A stretch of 64,000 nt of DNA, taken from the NCBI GenBank assembly GCA_050084985.1, contig JBITNC010000001.1, positions 172,980,001 to 173,044,000 of the forward strand. The letters run 5' to 3'. The position numbers and the translations under genes are program-made. The notes below the pieces were generated by a model that ran no database searches, was not told the origin of the DNA, and worked only from the letters and a program-made list of their open reading frames with translations. This document shows, in pieces, positions 39,600 to 51,711 of the stretch; position 1 is the first letter of the stretch, and every line of letters starts with the position of its first letter. This DNA comes from Nageia nagi (lineage: Eukaryota > Plantae > Pinophyta).

Positions 39600-41250
39600 T
39601 ATCCTAACATATTTCAACCCACATGTATCATACCAGAAAACAAAGACTTGTTGATATGAATATCTAATGATGGATGAATGAAATCATATTGGGCTCTCAT
39701 GTATCTTAAGAAGAAGCATAAGGTCTTATTAGGAGACCACATCTTGTAGCTTTTTGAGAATATCACAAGGCAAAAGTGATAGTGTGAACACATGTAAGGA
39801 CACATGGGCACCCTCTGTTGATCGAGGCAGGTGGAGCTCACATATTACTACACATTTGTTATCCTTTTAGGCAGCGACAACTTGAAATCATGCCTTTTTT
39901 CCTCCATTTGAAAACAAGAGGCATCCTCATCTAAGCAAATTACTTTAGGAAGAGAAAACAACTTCTTGGTTCCGAAGGCTCATCATCAATGCTGAAATAA
40001 ATGAGAAAGTTGCCATTAATTCTCAAGAACAATATCTTCAAGGTCTAGAATATTGTGCAGAAAGGCATGTCCTATTTATAAAAGATTGTTGGATATTGGC
40101 AAATCTCAAACTCGAAGATTGAGTGTCTTGCCCTGTCTTGAGGATTGTGAGAATTTTTCTTAGGATAATTTTAAGCAATCAATAGCTATATACATAATTC
40201 TCATAATTCTTCATAATTCTTGGGTTCAAGTTATGAGAAATTTGGCAAATCTCAAACTCGAAGCAAATCATGTTCATTCTCCTTTGCCTATGCCATTCCA
40301 ATTTCAAGGTCTTTTTTTAGCCTTTTTGGACATGAAGAGGTTTCAATGGAGCCTTAGTCGTTGGGGATTCTTTGTGATCTTGTTGCATAATTGGCTCTTG
40401 GAGTTGATTCAACTTTGAGGCATGTTTTGATATCTAGAGTTGTTTCTTTCATTTCCATGGAGACAAATGGTCTTGATGATTAAGGCTTTTGACACATCCA
40501 TCTTTGAGGTGACCAATTCCCTTGAAGTGTTTTGTTTGGTTTCCTAATGGTAGTCACGGTATGTGCCATTAATGGGGCCTCAAATACGTGTTGATGAATG
40601 GAGGCAGGGATGGTACATCAAATATGTTGGTGCTCATAGACAGGGCATCCCTATGTTGACCTTTTTTGTTTGTACTGATGCTTGAAGACCATTCTTCTCC
40701 TCTCAAGTTTGAGGAATCTTTTGATATCCAATTGTAGATCATGGAGGATTATTTGAGATGTTCATGTCCATATTCAAGTGCTTGGAGCCTTATCAGCTTG
40801 GCCTTTACAGTACCGATGAGATAAGTCATGGAGAAGATTGGATGATGGCTTCTAGCTCTCAAGGACATGTTTGAGGATTAAGCACTTTTACTTTCGATCT
40901 TGGTAGGAGTATTACTTCATCTTTATAAGGAACTTGAAATGGAGGCTGTCATTGAGGTAGGTTATTGTTGCAATATCACCCTCTTATAACATCATTAATA
41001 TGGTTGGGGGGTTTATGAAATAATATTATCTTAGCCAACCTGATATGAGTTTTACCTTGTGTAAGGTCAACATGAATGTACACCATGGCAGGCCATTAAT
41101 ATTTGTGGGATTAAATCACCTATTCAAACAATCCAAAAGCTCATTATGTTTTAGTTATATAAGGTGATATCTCTTCTTCCGTACTAGAGTGTGTATGATA
41201 TTTTTGGCATTCCTCTTCTTTGTGCATTTTATGGGTGTGTAAGACATTGC
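39600..41250 (-). mobile_element. Very decayed LINE RT remnant
   Basis: Only scattered motifs (KMDVSKA at ~40483-40505, DKAP at ~40780); boundaries are guessed. Confidence 0.45.
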
Positions 41251-41930
41251 TTATTAATTATTTTCAATCCTTGTGAAATCCTTCAAAGACTCCAATGCCT
41301 GATCATCTAATATTTAGAATCTAGCAATTAAAAATCCTGTACCAGCCTTAAAAACATTTCTAGATGTAAATGCAATCAGAATATATATGAGCACATACAC
41401 TCCAAGAACACCAACAATTCAGCCTAACAACACTGCAAAGAGTGAGTCTACATTCACTATAACCTCCAACATAAACAAAATAATAATTGTAGTGGTACAT
41501 AGTTGATTCTTGAGATGTTGCATTGCACTATCTTATGCCATATATATTATGAACCAATCTAAAATTTCAAGTAAAGGTCCCCAATTCAAACTTGGGCTTA
41601 GACACCAATAACCATCTCGGAACAACATTTGAAATCTTTACCACAAATTCCTAAAGAAAACAAATCATAGGAAGAAGATCCACCCACTTCACTAGTGCCA
41701 AAGACCAATTGGACCAAACGTTGTTAAGCACATCAAATGTTTTTGCCTCAACCTTGAAAATAGTCTTGCATGCAAGACCAGGTAACCAACTTTGTATTGT
41801 TTTTGTCTTCCTTTAAGCCTTCAATCTATGTTTTAAACTTTGGTTTCCATCTCTCTTTCAAAACCCTATCTTTTCAACCTGAAAAACCCTACTTGCAAAA
41901 AGGTGGGCTAAAATCCAGTTTTGTTAAAAC

Positions 41931-44900
41931 CATTGTTTGAAAAATTGTGATTCCCACCAAGTTTCACTAAAGGCAAGAAAATCACTCTTGAACTCGCAAA
42001 CAAGTTTCCATGAGTTCAAGGCAAGTTTTCAACTACAACGTCTTGCGAACTAGAAAATCAGAGCCAAAAAATGCAGAACAAGGGGTTAAGTAGGAAATAT
42101 GGGTGTTTCACTCCTTGTTTCACTCCATTTTGCTCTGCAGGTCTACATTTTGAGGATTTGAAGTTTCTCCATCAATCTTGAGCTTTTCATTGTGGATTTT
42201 GAACTTTCCATCGGGGTTTCCAAGTGATTTAGAAATTCTACCAAGGGTTTTAAATTTTTACCATGAAATTTAAGAGGTAGCGTTTAGGATTTTTTTTCTA
42301 TAGCAAATTCTTTTTTTTGTACATTTATAGTGTGCCTATATTTGAAATGGGTTTTTTTGTTCATATTTTGTAGAGTTACTAAAAAAACATAGGGTTAGGG
42401 TTTTTATTTCTTTTTTTTCAAACTTTATTTTGTTCATTTTCTTGTTTTAAGTTGATTAATGTGTTCCATTACTGGTTTATACTTTATTTGTACTTTGTAT
42501 ATTCACTAAAAATTAGGGGTTTTTATTTTTTTAAAGAAAAATTATTATTTCTTTATTTTTTGTATGCCCATAACTCAAATGGTTTTTTTGTTTGCAAATG
42601 GGTTCCTGAGATGAGGGTCATTCATCTCCATTACCAAGGAAGGATCTTGCTTGGAAGCATGGGAAGAAGGGTCTTCTTCCAAATTAGGTTATTTGTAACT
42701 ACTATAAGAAAAGTTACAAAGGTTGTATTCATAGGTTCAAATACCATCTTGTGAGTATACCTATTCAAGATGTAGGGCATTGCGATGTTGTGGACTCTGA
42801 GGTCACTTGTAAGATACAAGCCTTACTCAATTTCAAGGCAGAGAAGAAGATAGAAAATAAAAGAAACAAACTTGCAATTGGAGCTAGGCTCAGAAACTTT
42901 GGCTTTGATGATTGTGCAACTTGTGAGTTAATATCAGCATCAAAGTCTATTCTTGTCCCACATTGGACTTCAAGTGGTGATACCATAGAGAGGCAGAATG
43001 TAGCAGAGGGTTCCTCAATTCTTCATGAAGAGGCACAACCTTGAGACTAAAACATGACGGAAAGAAAAGGTCAATGCAACCTAAGCAATGACAACAAATA
43101 TTTGGTATTATTGTAACATTCTTTTTAATGTTGCAAATATTCCTTATTGGGATGCCATGATGACAACATTTACCGTAGTTGGAATGAAGATGTAGTTGCC
43201 GACACACACACACCTTATTAGATGAGCAAAGGAAGGTTTGGCACAAACATGGATGCAATATTTTATCAAATGGGTGGACACATGCAAGGAATCGCACACT
43301 CATCAACTTCATGGTGGCTTCAATTGGATCAACAATCTTCTTGAATTTAGTTGCCACATCTAGTGAGGTCAAAAATACACAACTGCTTAAGGTGGTAGTG
43401 AAAGTGGGTGTGGAGAATGTTGTCTAAGTAGCGACGAACAAAACTACAACGTATGTAGTTATAAAGAGGCTTCTTGAGAACTATCCCACTTTATTTTGGA
43501 TCATGTGTGTAGCTCATTGCAGCAACCTTATGCTCGACGACACTGGCAAACTCTCATGGATTAAAAGTGTTATTGAAGAAGCTAAAATCACAAAATTCAT
43601 CTACAACCACACTTGGGTGCTTTGTTTGATGAAAGAGCACACGAGTGGCAAGGAGATTATTCATCTAAGTATCACTCTATTTACTTCCAATTTTCTTGCA
43701 TTACAAAGCCTTTTAAATGCATAAGCTCATCTTAAGAGGATGTTTGTGAGTGAGCAATGGATGGGGTCTCCTTTTCGATACAAGGAGGATGGAGAGAAAG
43801 TTATCAATATAGTTTTTGACAACGTTTTCTAGAAGGGCATTCATGAGGTCATAAAGGTAATTTAAATGTCTTCTTTTATGTTTATTCAATTTTAAGTTTG
43901 TAACTTTGTATTTTTGAAATCCTAAATTTAAAATTATAAATCTAAATTTCTAATCTATTTATTTTTTTAATGATTTTTCGGTGACAAAACCTTTGGTTAA
44001 GGTTCTTCATCTTATAGATGGAGATTTGATGCTAATGGGTTATCTCTATGGGACCATGGATAGGGCAAATGAGGCTATCCAACATTTTTATCGCAAAGAT
44101 AGATATAAAATGGATCCCATTTAGCATATCATTAACAGGAGATAAACAACTCCATTGACCTTTACATGCAGCGAGGTAGTACTTGAATCCCAAGTTTTTA
44201 TAGCAATGATTTTGAGTCCAATAAGGAGGTTATGAATGGCTTCTATACCTACATAGAGAGGACAATCCTTAAGGATCACATTAGAAACCTAATTCTTGAT
44301 GAGTTGCAGGCCTACAAGAAAGTTAGAGGAGAGGGTTTTTTCTTCCATTCTTTTTAAAATGTTGAGGACAACCTTGCAGCTAGGTAACTCTATAAAATTC
44401 AATAAAAGTAAGGCATTTTTAGAATTTACATAATGTAGAATCTAGTTTGAGTTTTTAAAATGTCATTTTTTTTGTAAATTAGTGGTGGGAAGATAATGGT
44501 GCTCGATCATTGAATCTTCGTAGGCTAGTTGTGCAAATATTGAGTCAAAATTATAATGCTTTTGGGTGTGAGTGCAATTGGTCATTATTTTAGAGCATTC
44601 ACACCAAGAAATGCAACAAGTTGAACCAAGAACACCTTAATGATCTATCTAATACAATCTTCGCCTTTACCCCAAACAAGTAGAGGGTACAGAGTCACAT
44701 GATGTCATTGATCTTGATGAGATGGATCGACTACCAGATTAGGTTGCTAAAGATGTGGAACACATCTTCACTAAGGAGGAAATTGAGCAGTTTGAGAGGG
44801 AAGTTATAGAAGGTCCAAATTGTAACAATTGCAACACGTAAGGAGCTCAAGGACATACCTAAGGATCTTGTTGAGGATGAGGATCCACCACATCCACCAT

Positions 44901-45045
44901 CCATTGTGAGGAAATATATGAGGTCATAGGGAAGGAAGAAAGAAGTTTAGAGCTACTTTAATATTGACATTGTTGTATATTTTATGATCATTGATGATCA
45001 CAAATGATGAATATATTTCATTTAAATGTAATATAAAACTAACTT
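41931..45045 (+). mobile_element. hAT DNA transposon, decayed, interrupted at 45046
   Basis: Transposase pseudogene inside. The possible left terminus CATTGTTTGAAAAA at 41931 is tentative. Confidence 0.8.
42598..44930 (+). pseudogene. hAT transposase pseudogene (BED finger, DUF659, C-terminal dimerisation domain; two introns)
   Basis: WKHG...VICNYY...IHRFKYHL; GCNILSNGWT...LINFMV; CVAHCSNLML (43503-43724); WWEDNG...ILSQ...GCECNWS...IHTKK. AT-rich GT-start introns at ~43857 and ~44384. Confidence 0.9.
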
Positions 45046-45989
45046 TGTTGGTGGAATTGGTCAAGTGGTGATTGTTTACCGTTGTATAGGGTTTGGGGCT
45101 TTGACTTATGGATTTATTAGGAATGTCTGCTAGGAATATCAAGCAAGGGAGGAAATGACTTGGTCCAGATCTTTCCCAAGCAAGAGCACGAGGCAGTAGT
45201 TAGGATGGAAGTGTGGAGTAAGGTCAATCATTCAATCATCCATTTCCCAGAAGATAAGACCAATCAAATATCATAAAACCAAAGTAATCCCAAAATATTA
45301 CAACTTTATGCAGATTGCAGAAGCGACCATTCATCCATTTAAGAAAAGTATTCAATCATCTTTCCCTAAAGTGCCGAAATTTCAAAAGAAATGCTTATAA
45401 ATGCATAAATGATACAACAACATGATCCTCATATCATATACACAACTACAATCCCATGAAATAAACAATCATACTTGCATTAATAACAAAGTTTCCCTGA
45501 ATGATAAATCATACATACATGCAATGGAAGCCTCAACTCCAAAATATGCTTTCAAAAGATTTGCATTCAACTCATGAAGAAATTACTATATCTTGTACCT
45601 CCATAAACATATCTCTTCATCTACCTCTATATCTCTATATTCATATCCATCTATCTCAAAAATGACCCGGTTAGGGGTACTTATAGTATGCGTCTAACAA
45701 CTTCATTAAATGAAACATTGCCCTAACATTAATTATAGAGTGCCCTAAACAACCCTGCAACCCTAATACCATATTGAAAAAAACAAAACCATCGACAAAA
45801 AGATACTGCGGCTACACAACACCGCTCAAACGTCACAGCAGTTTCTGATCACACCAAATCAGATCAGATTTCATCAATTTGTCACATTAAAGTCTTTTTG
45901 CAATTGTGGGAGCAAAAACTCATCCCTCACAGTGCAAAAATTAAAATATTAAAGTCTTAAAACAGAAAATAAAATATGCATTTATCCAA

Positions 45990-48900
45990 CTATCGCTTTA
46001 TGAGACCGGCAGCTTGGGTGTGTATGGTAACAAAGATGTCTTCAGGAATCCCATGAGACTTGTCATCGAAGAAGGCCTTGGCTTTGGCGAGTCCTATGAC
46101 AAGTGCACCTGACAACTCTTCATCCATTCTGTTATGAAAGTTGATGATGAACTGAAAGGTAGCCTCCATCTGGAATTTCCAAATAGCCAAGTTCTGTTGG
46201 TTTTCAATATGAGTTGCGGCCCTCAACAAATTCACATTCTTTGTGAAAATGAGATCCCTTATGAAGTTTTGGACTTCTTGTACTACGAGCTCGACTCGCC
46301 TCACACTTCCGTCTTCGTTTATGAAATAGATCGATTGCACGAACTAGGTCATTGAAAAGGCTAAAGTGGACAACAGATCAATTCTCACCTAAGTGATATT
46401 GGCACATTCTCCCACAAAGGACCTCAACCAACACAAGTGATAAGCAAATTCCTGGCAGTACTGCACCAGCTTGGCTGCCCTGCGGATGCTCTTTTGATGA
46501 TCTGGATAGCACGTTCGTGTTTCTGAAAGTCCTGCAGTAGTTGGGGGGCAGCTGCAGTCATACTCTCCTCTCCCTTTTGTTCGTCTGTGAGGAAAACTAG
46601 TCGGAGCAAAAGCTCACTGACCACTCCCATTATCGCGTTGACCAGGGTTTCCTTGGTCTGTAACGTTCCCCTTGAATCTATAATGGGACTTGATGGGTCA
46701 CCTTGTATTATATCTATTTCATGCGCTTTATAGTTTATTGTTGTAAACTCAGGATAGGAGTTTTATAGATCCTATGGACCCCATTGTGAGCCCCAAGTGG
46801 GACATCTCCCTCCTAAGTAGTAGGGTAGGTTCATATTATATTGGAGATCCCGGATTGTGGGAATCCCGACGTGTATTGATGCATTTATGGATTAGGCGAA
46901 CACTAGCATGCTTGTGCAACATTGGGGAGGGCCCCACACCCCCACGTTGGCATGGTTGACCTCTTTGACCCTAACGTTGCATTAAATGGGCTTGGGATGA
47001 TCCCAAGGTGAGAGCCGAACATGATGTAAAGTATAAATAGACATGAGAATTTCATTGATCATTACTACTTGATTATTATACACTTTATACCACACCTTCG
47101 AGCAACAAGTCTTAGCGGTGCTAAGCAACTCTTCCTAGATGAGTCGTCAAGAGGGTAGGCAAGTGTTGGGATCCTAACTATCTATGGCTTTGGTGGGTCA
47201 CCAAGCCCGTCTGATGGCATTCCAAGGATACACTTCTTCCTTCAATGGATATCCAAGGTTTGAGGAGGGCTCCTTCAGTGGAGAGGATTCAAAGTCTAAG
47301 GGAGTGCATCTATCCCATGGTTCGGCAGCATTTCAATGAGGATTTCATATTGTTGTGCCCTGGTTGGCTCCTTGGAGGCCAAGGTTCAACTCTAGGAGCT
47401 AGAGTTTGTATTATATTTCATCTCATATCATAATACAAGCCATTGGGCATTGAATCTCAATGTTGTATTGTTCATGTTGTGTATGTGGCATCATTGAGCA
47501 CCATTGTTCCATACTTGTGCATGCGTTGGTGTTTGTGGCATTTGTTTATGTTGGTTTTCCATATTGTGGCCATCGTTGATGTTGTAGTCTTGCATATTCA
47601 TCATTGTGAGCATTCGTTGGGTGTGTAGTGTCATTGGAAGCCTTGGAGGGCTGATGTCAATATTGTATGTGTGTTTGGTGCCCTAGAGGCCCAACATTGG
47701 TATTGTGGATGCATCATTGAGGGTGTTGGAAGCCCTAGTTTACCGGTTTTGATTTTTGTTACTAATATTTGGTTCGAGGTTCATATTGGATCTTCAAATG
47801 GTCGTTGTTATGCCAATGTTCAATGAGGCTTGCACGTTGACATCTTCGACGATCATCTTAGCAGCTTCTATTTACTTCACTAGCTTATTTTTACAAGCCA
47901 GGTCCTTTTTCAACTCTTTGACCATGCTTTCTCTCTCAACCCCTTGTCTGACCATCTCATCCACGTAGTTGATAGCGTGATTGCGTCTTGCCCACCCAAT
48001 TTTCTTGACTTTGAACTCCTTGGTGCGGACTCACACGTCCTACAAATCTTGTGGATCTTTTTTCTTGGAATAACATTTATTGATGATCACTTACTTTATC
48101 ATTTTTCATGGACACAAAGGTGTCTATTTCTTCAATTGGAGAGTCTTCTAATGTATTTTCCCTTCTTTGACTCGATTCATCATCATCACTTTTGTAGCTC
48201 ATCTGAAGATCCTTGATGACTGCATCGAAATCAAAATCATATTCCTTCTGTGGACCTAAACTAGTTGCAACATTGGCCAAAGTGGTGTCTGTATTCGTAG
48301 GGGCAGACTCCCTGGGGATCTCTTCTATTCTCAATTGTTGGCTCTTTACTTCGACTGGCCTTTCTTTAATTTTTGATGGCCTCTGGCTGCCATGTTCTTG
48401 TTGCTTTCTTTTCTTTCTTTGCTCCTCACTTTCACCTTTGTCTTCTTCATCTCCCCCATCTCCAGTTGTAGAGGCTTTGCTTAATTTTGAAGGTTTGTTA
48501 GGGGTCGTTCAAGAAGTCTCTTTTCTGGGGGATGACCTCCTCTTCCTTCTTAGGGTGGCAAATTTTGAAGAAGCAAACTGCTTCACTGATGTCAATCCTG
48601 TAGGCAAAGACTCACAAATCTCCTTTGTCTCGGATTCCCCTTCAATGTCCACAATTTGGGTATCTTTAGTATTAAACTGCGAGTCTTCGCCATCCTCATG
48701 CTCTTTCTTGATCCCTCCTTCTTCTAGACCAGATTCATGCGAACCTGAGGATTCAAAGGATGTCTCAGAAGATGAGCTTGAGTGATTAGGTTCTTCAAGT
48801 TGGTTTGTTATGGGAGCATTATCTTGATTTTTGGCCTCAATGGACTCTGGGAATGAGTTTGCTGCATAATCTTCGGCAAGCGTCAAGAGGTTCAGGAGAG

Positions 48901-50422
48901 CCAAAGGATTTTTGGCCTATATAGGTACAATGAGCGCCATGGGGACGCCATTGGGGATGGCATCCTCAAGTTGCAGAAGTGGAAAATTCGGGTACCCTGT
49001 CTCCTTCATGATATCAACATCTTTAGCGATCTCCTTGAAAACGGTATGGATTCCAAACTTAGCCTTGCCCACAATGGCGTGCTCTCCCACCTGTCCTTGA
49101 TGTTTCCTTACTCTCGAGGAAGTGGATTTGTCAGCTAGGATCGCCCGAGGGTCATTCAAGCTTTGGATTCTTCTATCAATACGTCCTTCAACTTCCAGCA
49201 TTTGGTGAACCTCCTAAATTTGTTTTTCCTCCCTCTTGTTCCTGTATCTTTCCTTGTCTCCAAGAGGTCGGTGCTCATAGACTACAGGATTTCTGAACAC
49301 CCGTCTTTAAAAACATTGGATCCTTCCTCCAAGATCATAGTCGGAAGCTGCCTCCTCCTCACTAAAATGATGGTAAGACAGTTCAATACCCATTTCTTTG
49401 GCCTCCTGCCAAGTTAGGTTTGTCGTGGCATTCTGCTTCTTCCAAACATTTTCATTCAAAAACAATAATTGCCTGCAAAATTCCATGAGAATGAAGCGAT
49501 TGTTGGCATACCGAGGCAAGAGATAGGGTCTGACTTCAGAACCATAGACCCGGATATAAGTGTGTGCGGGTCTTCCAAAAAGTAATTTGCATGCCTTCGG
49601 ATAGCTTCAACGGCAAAACCGAATATCCTCTTCACCATTTGCTTCCCCTTTATCTCCTTATAAATCTGGTACTCCCATCCATCATTCCTCAAGGCATAAT
49701 AGTCCCATCTGGACTCTAGCCACCACTTGGAGTAAGCTCTCCATACAGCCTTCTCAAGGTTATTCAAGACTACCATGTCTGCATGGGCTGACTTTCTATT
49801 TCTGCCATGGAGGAGAAGGAAAACGAGATAGGAATTCATGTAAAATCTCTTTGAGGAGCCAATGTGAGCTAGTTGGAACAAGAGGGAATCACTTATCTCC
49901 TTACTCCACTTTATTTTCTATCGGTTTCCGATCACAGCAATGAACCCAGTAAATTCCTTCCGAAATTTCAAATCATCCTCTTTGCCAATGACCCTAGACA
50001 CTGTAGGGTGGAAGTGCTGCCTCTTTGCATTCATCAACTTATTCCCTATAAATCCCTTGCTTTCATTTTTGAGTCAATCTCTGATTAGATCCCCAGCTCG
50101 CAAAGACTTCTCATATAATCTAGGGAATCCTTCTCGGTATAGACCACTCCTTCACTCCCCCATTTGAAAGCCTCCTTGATTCCTTGTGGAGAGAAGTCGA
50201 GAATCTTCTTGCCATAGGTATCATAGAGGGTGTGGTCTTTGAAGTTGGCATGCCTGCCCACTTAGTAACACAACTCAAGAAAAGGGACAGCAAAAGGAAT
50301 TAGGGTGGTCGTAGGCAGTCCTGATGTGCATATGACCTCTCTGAGGATCTAAAATTTATCTAACTCCCCAATAGCTTGTAATGTCTAGATTGGGTCAGTA
50401 TGTGACCAGTTGCTATCTCGAA
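45990..50422 (-). pseudogene. Second copy of the large accessory ORF (~1100 codons excluding the solo LTR insert)
   Basis: RDSNWSHTDPI, IPFAVPFLELC, FYMNSYLVFL, YIRVYGSEVRPYLLPRYANNRFILMEFCRQ; acidic/basic middle (48509-48904); helical C-terminus (45990-46340). Confidence 0.8.
46659..47798 (+). mobile_element. Solo LTR (1140 bp) with perfect 5-bp TSD
   Basis: Starts TGTAACGTTCCC; TATAAATAG at ~47032; flanked by TGGTC (46654-58 and 47799-803). Excision restores the host frame (...NIGITTTKETLVNAIMGVVSE). The 3' end reads AAA rather than CA. Confidence 0.85.
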
Positions 50423-50920
50423 TGTTGGTGAAGTTGTTTCACAACTCTAAACTACCAAGATCACATGAAAGCTCTCTCAATTCACATCTAACTATCACAC
50501 AAAGCAATCTCACAAAGATAACACAAGATGCAAATGGTTCCTCCAACTACGAGTACATCCACTAACTAGATCTTTACTTCAATCACAAATACAACTCTCT
50601 TACAATCCTCCTAATCTCAACTCCTACACTCTATCCTATAGCATAACTTTACTCCACAAATTGGTGTGTAATCACAAAAAGGGAGCCTTCTATTTATAGG
50701 CCAAAATCCTTCTTTGGATCACCTTTTTATCCAATGTACAATAGCATGACATGCACATCCTTTTACTCAAAGGGCATGCTCATGACATGGAATGTAGGAT
50801 AAATTACATTATCATATTCACTTAAATACTTAAGGTATCAAATGATACCCTTAAGTATTAGTGAATTTACATAGAAGATTATTACAAAACCTTTACAATA
50901 ATGCATTATACATTTCAACA
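50423..50920 (-). repeat. 3' LTR of Copia
   Basis: TGTTG...TTCAACA, adjacent to CTCCCCCTCA (PPT TGAGGGGGAG on the minus strand, 50921-50930); TATA at ~50690. Confidence 0.9.
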
Positions 50921-51381
50921 CTCCCCCTCAATGCAATATTGGGATAGAGCGAGTAAGAGAGAAGAAGAAAAGAAAGTAAGAGTTCTCCTCCAAATAAATA
51001 CAACGGAGATGAAAACTTTTTACATATTTGTAAAGTAAGAAAGATCTAGTTTGAGACTCACTACTGTGCCAAATACAATCATTAACCACAACCAGTTTCA
51101 ATGTACATGAAGTAGACATCCAACTGGAAGTCATGAAGAGTCTCCAAGAGCCTGCATACATGAGGTAAATAACCTACAATCTCAGAGGAACCTACAAGTG
51201 ATAAGCAGCTCAAATAACAAGATCAGTTAAATACAACATATTCATCTTATCAAAGATAGATGAATCACGCAAATGCCATTATGAACTGATCAATAGTGCA
51301 CTATAAGTCATCACGAAGATGCCATGCCAAAAACTTATAATCACTTGTATATAAAACATGTGTTGATTATCATTACAAAAT

Positions 51382-51595
51382 AGAGCATGCACATACGAGT
51401 TCCTCACATATGGATAACTGAACAGTGCCAAAAGACACATAAGAGTTCTTCACACATGGATAACTGAACAGTGCTAAATTGACCATAATAGAGCATGCAC
51501 ATACGAGTTCCTCACATATGAATAACTAAACAGTGCCAAAAAACACATAAGAGTTCCTCACACATGGATAACTGAACAGTGCTAGATTGGCCAAT
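51382..51595. repeat. Higher-order tandem repeat in the Copia 3' UTR (2 x ~109 bp, each with two sub-repeats)
   Basis: GAGTTCCTCACA.ATGGATAACTGAACAGTGC occurs four times. Confidence 0.9.
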
Positions 51596-51711
51596 TTGTA
51601 CAAGTTCCTCACGCAAAGCGAACTTACCACAAAGGTGTACAACAAAATCAACACTATACAACACAAAATCCTGTGAAGTTGTTATCACAAATATGAATTC
51701 AACACAAAAAT

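Larger units (their letters stand above)
45046..50422 (-). mobile_element. Tat-like LTR segment carrying the accessory ORF; 5'-truncated at the Copia LTR
   Basis: Minus-strand end ...CCACCAACA at 45046 abuts hAT sequence with no PBS. TATA-like CTATAAGTA at ~45680. The ORF is homologous to 6340-9712. Confidence 0.65.

Noticed and set aside
48213-48785. 190-aa plus-strand ORF
   Set aside because: Antisense shadow of the low-complexity middle of the minus-strand accessory ORF.
51382-51595. CRISPR-like repeat/spacer appearance
   Set aside because: Spacers are themselves duplicated, there are no cas genes, and the context is a eukaryotic retrotransposon UTR.
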